64,000 bases of DNA from Terracidiphilus sp. (GCA_035487015.1 DATHMP010000008.1:37121-101120), one strand, 5' to 3'; shown: positions 18,919 through 29,549, counted from the first letter of the stretch. A program made the numbers and translations. Notes: generated by a model not told the origin, from the letters alone.

Positions 18919-20274
18919 CTACTTTCCGTTCAGCTCTTTCAGCCAGTCTTGCATGTGTCCAAGTGCCCGCAACAACCCCAGACGAGCCTTTGCCAGGTCA
19001 AATCCCGCCTCGTCCGCTTCCTGCAGCCGCTGCGTGCCTTCAATGCGAGCCAGTTGCTCTGTCTTTGGCGTGGCCTGCGGGGTCGATCCAGGGGCGCTTC
19101 CGCTGCCGTTGCCCAGATCAAGTTCGGTCTGCACTGTCTTCAACTGCTCGCCCGCAATCTGTTGTTTCAGGCTCGCAATCTCAGCCAGCGTCTCCAATTC
19201 TCTGATGCTGCCGTTCAGTTGAACGATCTGCAAATCGTTCTGTTTTTGCGCCTGTTCCGCCTCTACAGTGGCCCGAAGGGCATCGGCACTCGACCCGCGG
19301 GCCTTGGCGCGATGTTCCATGTCGAACAGCGGAATCTGAATCGAAAAACCAGAGCTGATGTTGTTTGCCGGCAGCGGCCGCGCAAAAAACGAGTTGATAT
19401 CGTTCAGCACCGTCGTGTTGCGGTTGTACTGCGCAAAGAAGCTCAACTGCGGAAAGTAATTGAAAGCGTTGTCTCCCTTTGCCGCTTCGAGCTTCGACTT
19501 TGCCACCAGCTTTGCCGAGTCAATCCCCAGCACCTCAAGCTTGGCGTCGCTTGCATGAATCTGGGGAATCTCGGGAATACTCGCGTGATCGGGAACGATA
19601 ACGCTCGCTGAAAGCCCGGTCAGCCCGGCCAGTTGTTCGGCAAGCGTTCCAGCGCGCGTCTCCAGGTGCATGCGGCGCAGCTTGATGTTGGCCGCCGTCA
19701 GTCGCGCCTCAAGTAAGTCGTTGAGCGGATCAACGCCGGCTTCGGTCCGCTGCTGTTCAATGTCGACCAGGTGGCCGGCCAGTGCTTCCTGATCCGCTGC
19801 TTCTTTCAGCTCGCGGTTCACCGTGTCGAGCTCGATATACGCCGTCGAAGCATCCAGAGCTGTCTGCTCCTTTGCATCCTTCAGGGCAGCAGTCGCAGCA
19901 TCCAGCCCGGCCCGCGCCGCGTGAATGTAATGGTTCTGCGGCACGCTGAAGACCAGTGACTGCACCGTCGTGCTCCACAGCGTCGGCGGCGATCCCGTAA
20001 AACCTTCTTCAGGAAATGCAGGAATTCCGGTGCCGAACAACATCGAGGGTATAAAGACGTCCTTGCTCTGCGACAAGGCAGCCTGAGCCTTGAGCAGGTC
20101 GGCCTGGGCCATCCTTACGGCCACGCTGTTGCGCTGCGATAGATCCACCACCGACGCCAAGGAAACCTGTGCGCCGACCGGAAGGCAGGCGATCCCCAGC
20201 GCTGCACCCGCGAGCACGCGAAGCGCGGACCGGTTGATTCTCGGCTTGATCGCTGTGGTCTTCATCTCGATCAA
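18919..20274 (-). CDS. TolC-family outer membrane efflux protein
   Basis: Signal peptide; two OEP-like helical repeats; FPQLSF...FSIQIPLFD. Confidence 0.8.
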   Translation of the reverse strand: MIEMKTTAIKPRINRSALRVLAGAALGIACLPVGAQVSLASVVDLSQRNSVAVRMAQADLLKAQAALSQSKDVFIPSMLFGTGIPAFPEEGFTGSPPTLWSTTVQSLVFSVPQNHYIHAARAGLDAATAALKDAKEQTALDASTAYIELDTVNRELKEAADQEALAGHLVDIEQQRTEAGVDPLNDLLEARLTAANIKLRRMHLETRAGTLAEQLAGLTGLSASVIVPDHASIPEIPQIHASDAKLEVLGIDSAKLVAKSKLEAAKGDNAFNYFPQLSFFAQYNRNTTVLNDINSFFARPLPANNISSGFSIQIPLFDMEHRAKARGSSADALRATVEAEQAQKQNDLQIVQLNGSIRELETLAEIASLKQQIAGEQLKTVQTELDLGNGSGSAPGSTPQATPKTEQLARIEGTQRLQEADEAGFDLAKARLGLLRALGHMQDWLKELNGK

Positions 20275-21233
20275 TACTTCAATTCCTGTGCCGGACGGTA
20301 GTCGTGTGCAAGGGCGAGCGCGGCGTCGCGCTCTTGTCGGGCCCCTTGCTTGTCGCCCAGCTGTGCTTTCAGTCGAGCCAGCTGCGTGTGAGCAACAAAA
20401 GTCGGAGCCTCTTCTGTTTGATACCCGCCGGCCAGATAAGTCTCAAGCAGCTTGACAGCCAGTGCTGGGTTTCGGTTCGATCGGATCAGGGCGGAAGCCC
20501 CGTTGAACAGGGCAACGCCTCCGCGCCGATCGCGCTGCGCTGCTTTGAAGCCGTTCTCTACCGCACTTTCCAAATCGTTCCAGCGCTGCCGGCGGCGATA
20601 AAAACTTGCCAGCGTCATCCACTGGAACTCCGGACGCTGGCTCTCGCTGATCGCCTGTTTGAAGTGTTTCTCTCCGGCATCAAAATCTTTCTGCTGGTCT
20701 GCAATCCGTCCGCGCAGTTCTTCCGCGCGGGCCGCGTCGAGCTTGTCGAGCTGATCGACAACCTTTTGCGCTTTGTCGGTCCCCCCGCCCACGATGCCTG
20801 GCGCAGACGCGTCGAACTCACCCAGGTCCGCCAGCGCCTCGGCATTCCGCGGATTCAGCTGCACGGATTGTTCAAACTCCACACCCACGCGCTTGCCAAT
20901 GGAGTAGGCATTCATAAAGGATGCGTGATCCGCGCGCTCACCGAGTGCGCGCCCGAGCCAGAGGTGAAAATCGGAGTTGCTCCCATCCATGTTCACCGCC
21001 TGCTGGCATTCCTCCGCGGCAGCGTCCCAGTGGTCGAGCGTGAATTGCACTCGGCATTTCAAATTGTGGACTTGCGCGGATTGGGGCAGGGAATTCAGCA
21101 GCTCCATTGCATGGTCCGCTTGCCCCGCCTGCAACGCTGCAGTTGCCGGCGCCAGGTTGTCGTGCCCCGGATCGCTGCCCTGGAGCATCGTGACCCCGTA
21201 CAAAAACAGGGCAATGGGATAGAAAACTCTCAC
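20271..21233 (-). CDS. Exported tetratricopeptide repeat protein
   Basis: Signal peptide; TPR-like units (HLWLGRALG, EQSVQLNPRNAEALADLG); overlaps both neighbours. Confidence 0.8.
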   Translation of the reverse strand: MRVFYPIALFLYGVTMLQGSDPGHDNLAPATAALQAGQADHAMELLNSLPQSAQVHNLKCRVQFTLDHWDAAAEECQQAVNMDGSNSDFHLWLGRALGERADHASFMNAYSIGKRVGVEFEQSVQLNPRNAEALADLGEFDASAPGIVGGGTDKAQKVVDQLDKLDAARAEELRGRIADQQKDFDAGEKHFKQAISESQRPEFQWMTLASFYRRRQRWNDLESAVENGFKAAQRDRRGGVALFNGASALIRSNRNPALAVKLLETYLAGGYQTEEAPTFVAHTQLARLKAQLGDKQGARQERDAALALAHDYRPAQELKY

Positions 21234-22468
21234 TGCACGACCTGGATGGGGATGCCGATCTGCAGCGGCTGCCCCGATGTTGTTCCGGTGGCTACCACGT
21301 CGCCCTCTCTCAGTCCCGAGACAATGCCGATCTGGGTCATATTCAACGACCCTGTCACCACGGGCGTGCGCACCAGGCTGTCATTGACGACCTTGAACAC
21401 ATAAGGTTTGCCGTTCTCGGAGTAGAGCGCTTCGCGCGGCACATTCAACACGTTCGATTCGCTCGATGTGGTCACGGTCACGGTCACACTTGTTGAGGGC
21501 AATAACCCGTCGTTCCCGCCATCCACTTGAATAATCGTTTCGCCTACCGTGCGGTTGCCAAAAGTGATAACAGTGATGGGAACGCGGACGATGTGCCCCG
21601 TCCAGAGCTGACCTGGCCGCGCGTCCCACCTGATCTGCACAGCTTGTCCAACCGACAACCGCCCGATCTCCGGTTCATCGAAATAGGCACGCACGCGTTC
21701 CCGCGTCAAATCTGCCATCTGGAGAAGGATCTTGCCTTGCTCCGCAAACTCGGTCTGCCGCGTGTCGATGCTGTAAACGGTGCCCGCCACGGGTGCACGG
21801 TACGTGCAATTGGCTACGACCTCTCGAGCAGCAGCTGCATTTGCTTCCGCATCCCTCAGAGCAGCCTCTGCGCGTGCAACTTCAGCCGGAGAATATCGTC
21901 CGCTCGCGCTCTGCTGCGAAGCGTTGAGATTCGCATTTGCCGAGGCAAGCTGTTCACGCGCAGCGGCAACCTCGCTCTGCGACGCGGCTCCACTCGCGCT
22001 CAATTTCACCAGCGCGTCCAGATTCCGTTGCGCCTGGTCGCGATCGATGCGATTGCGTGCCAACTCTGCTTCCGATGCCTGGCGTTGTTCCTGGGTGCCG
22101 TTGTGCGTAACAGCTTCGAGTGCCACTTGGGCAGACTTCACTCCGCTCTCCGCTGCTGCCAGGTGGGCCCGTGCCTCCAAATCGTCCAGCTCAATGAGCA
22201 CTTTGCCTTTCGGCACCTTGTCGCCCTGCTCTGCGAAGACGCCTTTGACCGTGGCAGAGACCGGGCTCGTGTACTCGCGGTTGTCTTCCGGCTCCACGCG
22301 GCCGTTGGTGCTCACGGTACTGGCCAGCGGTCCCGACTCAACACGCGCGATGCGCACCACAAGTCGCTGCCGGGTGAGCGACCGCACGGAAAAGAAGACA
22401 ACGACCAGAATGACCGCTGTGACAAGCCACAGCCAGCGCCGGTTGAAGTCCTTACTCTCTCTCGCCAT
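21230..22468 (-). CDS. Efflux periplasmic adaptor (membrane fusion protein, HlyD/MacA-like)
   Basis: N-terminal TM, lipoyl-like EQGDKVPKGKVLIELD, alpha-hairpin, RAPVAGTV, VPREAL, SGLREGD. Confidence 0.9.
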   Translation of the reverse strand: MARESKDFNRRWLWLVTAVILVVVFFSVRSLTRQRLVVRIARVESGPLASTVSTNGRVEPEDNREYTSPVSATVKGVFAEQGDKVPKGKVLIELDDLEARAHLAAAESGVKSAQVALEAVTHNGTQEQRQASEAELARNRIDRDQAQRNLDALVKLSASGAASQSEVAAAREQLASANANLNASQQSASGRYSPAEVARAEAALRDAEANAAAAREVVANCTYRAPVAGTVYSIDTRQTEFAEQGKILLQMADLTRERVRAYFDEPEIGRLSVGQAVQIRWDARPGQLWTGHIVRVPITVITFGNRTVGETIIQVDGGNDGLLPSTSVTVTVTTSSESNVLNVPREALYSENGKPYVFKVVNDSLVRTPVVTGSLNMTQIGIVSGLREGDVVATGTTSGQPLQIGIPIQVVQ

Positions 22469-22479
22469 CCCTTTTAACC

Positions 22480-22500
22480 TGAGTCAGTATATCTGACTCA
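22480..22500. promoter_or_regulatory. Perfect inverted repeat, putative operator
   Basis: TGAGTCAG-TATAT-CTGACTCA, overlapping a minus-strand TATACT -10 box upstream of the MFP gene. Confidence 0.55.
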
Positions 22501-22578
22501 TTCTGATGCCGAAGGGAGCACAAAAATCCACTTTGTGCCTGCATGCGAGTTATCCTCGCATCCTCGTACAATAGCCGT

Positions 22579-22977
22579 ATGGCTGCAAACCCCAGATACA
22601 CCGACGACCATGCCAAAGCAGGGCTCGACTTCGCCTTTCCCGCGATTGAGACGTGGAAAAATCAGTTTCCCGGCTACGAAATCTCAATTGATGATCCCGA
22701 GCTGACTTCGGTTTGCCCTAAAACCGGTCTGCCCGACTTTGGAAGTCTCAATATCCGCTACATGCCCCGCAAACGCTGCCTCGAGTTGAAGTCATTGAAG
22801 GAGTATCTCTTCAGTTACCGCAATCTCGGAATATTTCAGGAAAACATCGTCAATCAGGTGCTGGAAGACGTCGTCAAGGCCTGCGATCCGGTGTGGGCCG
22901 TCGTGCATGGCGTGTTTCGTCCACGCGGCGGTATCGCCACCACCGTCGAAGCTCGTTGGCCGCGCCCTAAGAAATAA
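22579..22977 (+). CDS. queF: NADPH-dependent preQ0 reductase (short type)
   Basis: PELTSVCPKTGLPDFG, ELKSLKEY, RGGI. Confidence 0.93.
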   Translation: MAANPRYTDDHAKAGLDFAFPAIETWKNQFPGYEISIDDPELTSVCPKTGLPDFGSLNIRYMPRKRCLELKSLKEYLFSYRNLGIFQENIVNQVLEDVVKACDPVWAVVHGVFRPRGGIATTVEARWPRPKK

Positions 22978-23065
22978 ACTTACCCACCGGCCGAATCTTG
23001 CTCCTGCCTGCCGTGCCCGATGTGATATTCGTGATGGGTTTCCGTTTCCGTCAGGACCCGTTCGA

Positions 23066-24301
23066 TTGAGCAACACTCTCCAGTCTGATCGCACTCGCAT
23101 CCACCCCGCGCTGGGGACGTTTCTGCTGCTTCTCGGCCTTAACCTGCTCAACTACATCGACCGCTACATCCTCCCCGGCGAAGTCTCCCTCATCCAACGC
23201 GAATTCCATTCGACCGACCAGCAGATCGGCGCGCTGACTACCGCGCTGTTCGTCTGCTACATGATTGCCGCGCCTCTCACTGGCTGGCTGGGCGACCGGT
23301 TTCCGCGCAAGCCGCTGATTGTTGCCGGTGCAGTTCTTTGGAGCCTGGCCACGCTGGCGACTTTCTGGGTTCACGACTTTCGGACCTTGTATGTCCGCCA
23401 CGCGCTTGTCGGCGTGGGCGAGGCGACATTTGGAGTCTTCGCGCCTGCGGTGATCTCCGACTTTTATTCTGAGCGCGAGCGCAACCGCGTTCTTTCGATC
23501 TTCTACATCGCCATTCCTGTCGGTGCTGCGCTCGGCTATCTTGCGGGCGGCCAGATGGGGCCGCTCTGGGGTTGGCGTGCGCCATTCTTTATCTGCGCAA
23601 TCCCCGGGTTGCTCATTGCCGTGCTCTACGGTTTCTTCGGCCGCGAGCCCGTACGCGGCGCAAGCGACCATCTGAAGCCAACACCCAGCCGCGCAACATT
23701 TTGGGGTCTTCTCACAAACATGGCTTTCCTCACAGGAACCTTCGGCCTCGCCGCGCTGACCTTCGCCATGGGCGGCATCTCCGCCTGGATGCCAGAGTTT
23801 CTTCGTCGCACGGCAGGCCTGAGCGTCGCAGGCTCTAGTCAGATCGTGGGCGCAGCCACGGTCGTCGACGGCATTTTGGGCACGCTCATTGGCGGATGGA
23901 TCGCGCAGCGCTGGTTGCGCACGAATCACCGCGCGTTGTACCTGCTCTCGTTCTGGAGCGTCGTGCTCACGCTGCCCTTTGGCGCGCTGGTCTTCTTCGG
24001 TCCCCATCGTTGGGCCGTGCCGGCGCTTTTTGCCGCGGAGTTTTTTCTCTTTCTGAACACCGGACCGCTGAATACAGCCATTGTTAATTCTGTCTCGGCA
24101 GGTGTGCGCGCGACGGCGATTGCGCTGAATCTTTTCATCATTCACTTCTTCGGCGACACGTTTTCGCCGCAGATTATCGGCGCAATCAGCGACCACTCAA
24201 CCCTGAGCATCGGGCTGGGCTCGACGCTGATTTTCCTCGTTATCTCCTGCGTGATTTTGTTTGCGGGCTCTCGCGTTGCCCCGCCGCTCGAAGACGACTA
24301 A
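23066..24301 (+). CDS. MFS transporter, Spinster-like
   Basis: NLLNYIDRY, GWLGDRFPRK, LVGVGEA, FYIAIPVGAALGY, WRAPF, HFFGD; TTG start inferred. Confidence 0.85.
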   Translation: MSNTLQSDRTRIHPALGTFLLLLGLNLLNYIDRYILPGEVSLIQREFHSTDQQIGALTTALFVCYMIAAPLTGWLGDRFPRKPLIVAGAVLWSLATLATFWVHDFRTLYVRHALVGVGEATFGVFAPAVISDFYSERERNRVLSIFYIAIPVGAALGYLAGGQMGPLWGWRAPFFICAIPGLLIAVLYGFFGREPVRGASDHLKPTPSRATFWGLLTNMAFLTGTFGLAALTFAMGGISAWMPEFLRRTAGLSVAGSSQIVGAATVVDGILGTLIGGWIAQRWLRTNHRALYLLSFWSVVLTLPFGALVFFGPHRWAVPALFAAEFFLFLNTGPLNTAIVNSVSAGVRATAIALNLFIIHFFGDTFSPQIIGAISDHSTLSIGLGSTLIFLVISCVILFAGSRVAPPLEDD

Positions 24302-24475
24302 AGCAAGAACAGGGAACCTGCGACGGGGAAGCAGGCAACCAAAGGCCGCCCTTCAATGCAAATTGCCGGCGAGGACCAAAGAGGTCCGCCGTGTTTGAAT
24401 AAAAATAGATTGTTCAATTACATCGACGCAAGGATCGCGTAGAGGATGGGCCGTACTCCACAGAAAGCGACCGCC

Positions 24476-25726
24476 TCAGTGCGCGCCAACGAGCTCTTTA
24501 TTTTTGGCGCCCTGGCCGTAGTGGCTCTCCACGTAGTTGTCGAGAATCTGCTTGAACTCCGCCACGATGGTATCGCCGCGGAGAGTTGTTGCCAGCTTCC
24601 CATCGACATACACCGGAGCGACCGGATCCTCAAACGTGCCGGGCAGGCTGATGCCAAGGTTGGCGTGCTTCGATTCGCCAGGCCCGTTGACCACGCAACC
24701 CATGACGGCAAGCTTTAGCTCTTCCACTCCGGGATACTGTTTGCGCCACTCAGGCATGGAAGTCCGCAGGTAAGTCTGAATCTGCTCGGCCAATTCCTGG
24801 AAGTAGGTGCTGGTCGTGCGACCGCAACCGGGGCAGCTTGTCACCTGGGGCATGAAGCTGCGAATGGAAAGCGACTGCAGAATCTGCTGGGCGGCCTGCA
24901 CCTCTTCCGTGCGGTCGCCATTCGGCTTCGGTGTGAGACTCACGCGAATGGTGTCGCCAATGCCGGCGAGCAGCAGTGGGGAAAGGGCAGCCGTCGAAGC
25001 GATCAGGCCCTTGGCGCCCATCCCGGCTTCCGTCAAGCCAAGGTGCAGCGGATAGTCGCAGCGTGCGGCGAGGTTGGTATAGACGTCGATCAGGTCGCGA
25101 ACGCCGGAAACCTTGGCCGAGAGAAGAATCATGTCGTGGCCTAGCCCGTACTGCTCGGCGGCTTTGGCTGACTCGAGCGCGCTCACCACCATCGCTTCCA
25201 TCATCACGTCGCGGGCAGGGAGCGGGTCGCTCTTCTTGCTGTTCTCGTCCATCATGCGGGTCAGCAAAGACTGATCGAGCGAGCCCCAGTTGACGCCGAT
25301 GCGTACCGGCTTGTGGTTCTCGACCGCGCACTCCACCATGGTGCGGAAGTTGTCATCGTTCTTTCGGCCCACGGACACATTGCCGGGATTGATACGGTAT
25401 TTGGCGAGCGCCTTGGCAGCCGCGGGGTACTTCTTCAGCAGCAGGTGGCCGTTGTAGTGGAAGTCGCCCACGATCGGCACGCGGATGCCGCGCTTGTCGA
25501 GTCCTTCCACAATGTGCGGGACAGCGGCGGCAGCTTCTTCGTTGTTGACCGTGACGCGCACAATCTCGGATCCGGCAAGAGCCAGCGCGGCAACCTGTTC
25601 CACAGTGCCCGCGACATCGGCCGTGTCGGTGTTGGTCATCGACTGAACGACAACCGGAACCTCCCAGCCTACGCGAACGTTACCGATTTTGACCGTGGGT
25701 GTTTTTCTGCGCTGGATATCGGGCAT
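24476..25726 (-). CDS. ispG: (E)-4-hydroxy-3-methylbut-2-enyl diphosphate synthase
   Basis: [64 protein letters not shown]. Confidence 0.97.
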   Translation of the reverse strand: MPDIQRRKTPTVKIGNVRVGWEVPVVVQSMTNTDTADVAGTVEQVAALALAGSEIVRVTVNNEEAAAAVPHIVEGLDKRGIRVPIVGDFHYNGHLLLKKYPAAAKALAKYRINPGNVSVGRKNDDNFRTMVECAVENHKPVRIGVNWGSLDQSLLTRMMDENSKKSDPLPARDVMMEAMVVSALESAKAAEQYGLGHDMILLSAKVSGVRDLIDVYTNLAARCDYPLHLGLTEAGMGAKGLIASTAALSPLLLAGIGDTIRVSLTPKPNGDRTEEVQAAQQILQSLSIRSFMPQVTSCPGCGRTTSTYFQELAEQIQTYLRTSMPEWRKQYPGVEELKLAVMGCVVNGPGESKHANLGISLPGTFEDPVAPVYVDGKLATTLRGDTIVAEFKQILDNYVESHYGQGAKNKELVGAH

Positions 25727-26018
25727 AAAGACCTCTGAATTCAGTTTACCTTCTGGTTGGATTCCAGAAGAAACCGCGAAGTTTCGAGCCCCTCCGCGGT
25801 ACCGAAAAAGGCACGCCGGCGGGCATCGGGCCAAATTCCCTGACGCTCCTGTCGCCTTCAAACCGGGTGTCCCCGTGTAGGAGGCTTTCTTTTTAGAATG
25901 AGCGAGTTAAGGCTGCAGTGGCTCAACCCAACAAGCACCGTGCTCGATTTTGGCGCCCCGGCTCACCACGCACCGCCTCGCGCCGTCTGAAGAAATGGAT
26001 AAAGGTACAATGGAGATC

Positions 26019-26525
26019 ATGAAGTTTCGCCGTTTTCTGTCGATCGTTCTCTTCGCAATGCTGCTTGGAATCGCAGCCAGCCCTCTTCTTTCTGCTCAAG
26101 CTACGACGCATCGGGGGCGCAAATACAAGTCCGCTGCCGCCACCTCGAAGATTGAGGTCACAATCGTTCGCCACGAGGACGAGAAGCCTATTGAGAACGC
26201 ATCCGTCATCTTCCACGTCGAGGGCGATAAGGGCAACATGGAGTTGAAGACGAACGAGGACGGCAAGACGATGATCGATGTGCTGCCGACGGGTTCCAAG
26301 GTGTTGATCCAGGTGATTGCCAAGGGATACCAGACCTATGGCAGTGACTACACAATCGACAAAACCGAGCTGGCCTATGAAATCAAGCTGAAGCGGCCAG
26401 GACAGCAGTATTCGATTTACGACAATCACCCCGAAGCCGCGCCCAAGGATGGCGACAAGAGCGGTTCGGGTGACAGCAAGACACCGGATTCCAAACCCGA
26501 CGCGAGCCAGCCCCAGCCCCAGTAA
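26019..26525 (+). CDS. Exported protein with carboxypeptidase-regulatory-like (transthyretin-like) domain
   Basis: Signal peptide; KPIENASV, KTNEDG, AKGYQT motifs; disordered tail. Confidence 0.75.
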   Translation: MKFRRFLSIVLFAMLLGIAASPLLSAQATTHRGRKYKSAAATSKIEVTIVRHEDEKPIENASVIFHVEGDKGNMELKTNEDGKTMIDVLPTGSKVLIQVIAKGYQTYGSDYTIDKTELAYEIKLKRPGQQYSIYDNHPEAAPKDGDKSGSGDSKTPDSKPDASQPQPQ

Positions 26526-26568
26526 GTTTGCCTGATTCTGAAGAAAATCCTTCCCCGGCAGGAACGTC

Positions 26569-27303
26569 ATGCACCCATTGCCCCTGAGTGGAAAATCGGC
26601 GGTGGTGACCGGGGGCGCACGGCGCCTGGGTCGAGCGATTGCGCTGGCGTTGGCCGATGCGGGCGCTGACATCACCCTGACCTATCTCGCGTCTGCCGAC
26701 GATGCTGCGCGCACCGTTGCCTCAATCCAGAAGCTTGGCCGCAAGGCGCAAGCGGTCCGTTGCGATGTGCGCGATGAGATTCAAGCGCGCGCTGCAATTG
26801 CTGCAACAATGGCCTTCCACGGGCGCCTCGACGTGGTGGTGAACAATGCCGCGGTGTTTGAGCGCGCAGACTTGGCCTCGATGACTGTGGAGCAGTGGGA
26901 CCGGATCTTTGCAACCAACACGCGCGGGCCGTTCCTGGTAGCGCGCGAGGCATTGCCCCACTTGCGGGCATCGAGCGGGCGCATCGTGAACATTGGCTCG
27001 CTGGGCGGCATTCGTCCGTGGGCAGATCACGCCCACTATTGCGCCTCAAAGGCCGCCCTGCATATGCTCACGCAAACCATGGCCAAGGCATTTGCGCCGG
27101 AAGTGAGCGTAAACTGCGTGGCTCCGGGCTGGATCGCCATGGACGACATCGACACCAAGACAGCCGCGCATTTTGCCGCCAAAACTCCGCTTCAGCGGAA
27201 TGGATCTGCGGACGACGTGGCACAGGCTGTGATCTATTTCGCAACTAACAGCGGATTTGTTACGGGGCAGATTCTTGCTGTGGATGGCGGACTCGGGCTA
27301 TAG
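26569..27303 (+). CDS. SDR oxidoreductase, pteridine reductase-like
   Basis: TGGARRLG, NNAA, YCASK, VNCVAPG, TGQILAVDGG. Confidence 0.88.
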   Translation: MHPLPLSGKSAVVTGGARRLGRAIALALADAGADITLTYLASADDAARTVASIQKLGRKAQAVRCDVRDEIQARAAIAATMAFHGRLDVVVNNAAVFERADLASMTVEQWDRIFATNTRGPFLVAREALPHLRASSGRIVNIGSLGGIRPWADHAHYCASKAALHMLTQTMAKAFAPEVSVNCVAPGWIAMDDIDTKTAAHFAAKTPLQRNGSADDVAQAVIYFATNSGFVTGQILAVDGGLGL

Positions 27304-27309
27304 CCGGAA

Positions 27310-28152
27310 TCAGCTGGAAAAGAGACGACTCCAGAAGCCGCGTTTTTCTTCTTTTCCCGGTTCCTTCGCGCGCTTTTTTTTGGGGCTTTTCACTGAGAAA
27401 GTCAGGGTCTCACCCTCCCACAAGCCAAGCGGTTCGGGTTGTACGGGCCAGGCCGCGCCTTCGAGAGTGACCTCAGGGTTGGTGACGTAAAGGCGGCGCG
27501 CGGTTTCAAGGCCGGCGCACTGCACTACGTAGTCAAAGCCTTTTTTCAAGTGTGCCGGGCGCCACTCGGGATGGTGTGCATCGCTTGCCAGGAAGTGAAT
27601 CCAGTTGCGCTTGAGAAGCTCGTTGGCAAATGCCTCTGCAATGTTCCCGAAACGGCCGTAGAGCGAGGCAGAAGTGACTTGGACCAGGTTGCCTTCACGC
27701 ATCCACTCCGCCAGCATCTCTGGATTGCGTTGCAATACCGGGTTGCGCTCAGGATGCGTAATGATGAGCTTGTAGCCGGCAAGCTGTAAACGCTGCATTG
27801 CCTCCGACAATTGCGGCGGAATCACCGAGTCCGGGAATTCGATCAGCAGGTAACCCTTCTCATTGATCGAATAGCGCAGCGGATTCTTCAGCGCGTCCAT
27901 GATGTTCCCGGCATCGAGATGGAAATCGCAGCCGAGGCTGAGTTCGACGATCCCCTTAAGCCTGGCCCGCAGCTCGGCGAGACGTTCTTCATTCACTTCC
28001 TTCTGGTAGGGATACCGTTCGCTGGAGTGCGGTGTACAGACAATATGGGTCACGCCTTCATTGGCGGCGCCGGAGGCCATTTCGAGCGAAGTGTCGATAT
28101 CTGGAGAGCCGTCGTCTACGCCGTAGATTAAATGGGTATGGATGTCGATCAT
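27310..28152 (-). CDS. PHP-family protein tyrosine phosphatase (CpsB/CapC/YwqE-like)
   Basis: [35 protein letters not shown]. Confidence 0.9.
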   Translation of the reverse strand: MIDIHTHLIYGVDDGSPDIDTSLEMASGAANEGVTHIVCTPHSSERYPYQKEVNEERLAELRARLKGIVELSLGCDFHLDAGNIMDALKNPLRYSINEKGYLLIEFPDSVIPPQLSEAMQRLQLAGYKLIITHPERNPVLQRNPEMLAEWMREGNLVQVTSASLYGRFGNIAEAFANELLKRNWIHFLASDAHHPEWRPAHLKKGFDYVVQCAGLETARRLYVTNPEVTLEGAAWPVQPEPLGLWEGETLTFSVKSPKKKRAKEPGKEEKRGFWSRLFSS

Positions 28153-28177
28153 GCGTTCACGCTATGTCTTTGGATGC

Positions 28178-28873
28178 TCAGTGCGCCGCCAGCGCTTGGA
28201 TCATCGAGTCGAAGATTTTCCAGCCGTCTGCGGAACCCAGCAGTTGCTCGCTTGAGCGGTCGGGGTGCGGCATCATTCCAAGCACGTTGCGCTTCTCGTT
28301 CAGAATTCCGGCGATGTTGGCGAGGGAACCATTGGGGTTCGCCTCCGCCGTGATTTCTCCGGCAGGTGTGGCGTAGCGAAAAGCGATCCGGTCTTCGGCC
28401 TCGAGACGGCGCAACTCTTCGGGCGTGCAAAAGTAGTTGCCTTCCATGTGACCAATGGGGATCCGCAGGACCTCGCCTTTGGCCAGCTGATTGGTGAAGG
28501 CGCTGTCAGTGGTCTCGGTGCGCAGATGGACCTGCTTGCAGATGTACTTGAGGCCTGCGTTGCGCATCAGCGCGCCGGGCAATAATCCAGACTCGGTGAG
28601 AATTTGGAAGCCGTTGCAGATTCCCAGCACCAGTCCGCCGCCCGCGGCAAAACGCTGGACCGATTGCATGACGGGCGAGAAGCGCGCAATCGCGCCGGTG
28701 CGGAGATAGTCCCCGTACGCAAAGCCGCCGGGAACAAGAACGGCGTCGACGCCCTGCAGGTCTTCAGAATCGTGCCACAGAAAAGTGACAGGCTGATGGG
28801 CAATCTCGGCGATCACGTTATATGTGTCGTGGTCGCAATTGGAGCCGGGAAAGACCAGGACGCCGAATTTCAT
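28178..28873 (-). CDS. purQ: Phosphoribosylformylglycinamidine synthase, glutaminase subunit
   Basis: [43 protein letters not shown]. Confidence 0.96.
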   Translation of the reverse strand: MKFGVLVFPGSNCDHDTYNVIAEIAHQPVTFLWHDSEDLQGVDAVLVPGGFAYGDYLRTGAIARFSPVMQSVQRFAAGGGLVLGICNGFQILTESGLLPGALMRNAGLKYICKQVHLRTETTDSAFTNQLAKGEVLRIPIGHMEGNYFCTPEELRRLEAEDRIAFRYATPAGEITAEANPNGSLANIAGILNEKRNVLGMMPHPDRSSEQLLGSADGWKIFDSMIQALAAH

Positions 28874-28958
28874 GCATTTAGGTTATCAGTTGCGCGCACC
28901 GGAAAAACGGCCGGTTTTGCACCCGGGTAACGGGAAGGGAACCGGGCAATGGTGCCGT

Positions 28959-29549
28959 TCATCCGGCCTGTCTGTGAATTGCCTGATGCATCCTCTTGTG
29001 GGAGTCTATTGCGAATTTTCTTTGGAATGCACGGGTGATCGGCAGACCCAGGCGAGCCATTACGTCGCGTGGGCGCGAAACTGCCTCGAGCTTGTAAGTA
29101 ACCTGGCCCGTATCAGGAGAAATCTCGACGAGGAATCGCTCTTCGCCTTCTTCCACATGATCGGGAGTGGTTGCGTAAACGAAGCCAAATTGGTTTGAGG
29201 CGTCAATGGTATCCACAATCGTGCTGAGATTCAGGGACCAGAGCCCAAGGCTTTGCGCTTCGACGGCGACGATCTGGCTAAGCGCAATAACGGCTGAAGG
29301 ATTCGCTACTCGAATCCATCCCAGGTCGAACATGGCCCATTGCCGGAAGGCGCTCGTTGCCGCAGCGAAGGCTGCATCTCCAAGCCCCAGGCAACTCTCC
29401 GTCGCATCGCGCACAAAAAACAAAGGAAGCGGGCGAGTTGCGATGCGCCCGTGTACAGAGAGGTACTGTGGCTCGGACCGCGATGCCGGGTCGAATGCCC
29501 CGACTTTCTTGGAAATCGCCACGTCTGTTGGTCTGTAAAACGAAAACAC
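28959..29549 (-). CDS. DUF1990-family protein
   Basis: LGLGDAAF...WAMF, FGFVYATTPDHVEEGEERF, SRP motifs; the N-terminal part looks divergent. Confidence 0.75.
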   Translation of the reverse strand: MFSFYRPTDVAISKKVGAFDPASRSEPQYLSVHGRIATRPLPLFFVRDATESCLGLGDAAFAAATSAFRQWAMFDLGWIRVANPSAVIALSQIVAVEAQSLGLWSLNLSTIVDTIDASNQFGFVYATTPDHVEEGEERFLVEISPDTGQVTYKLEAVSRPRDVMARLGLPITRAFQRKFAIDSHKRMHQAIHRQAG

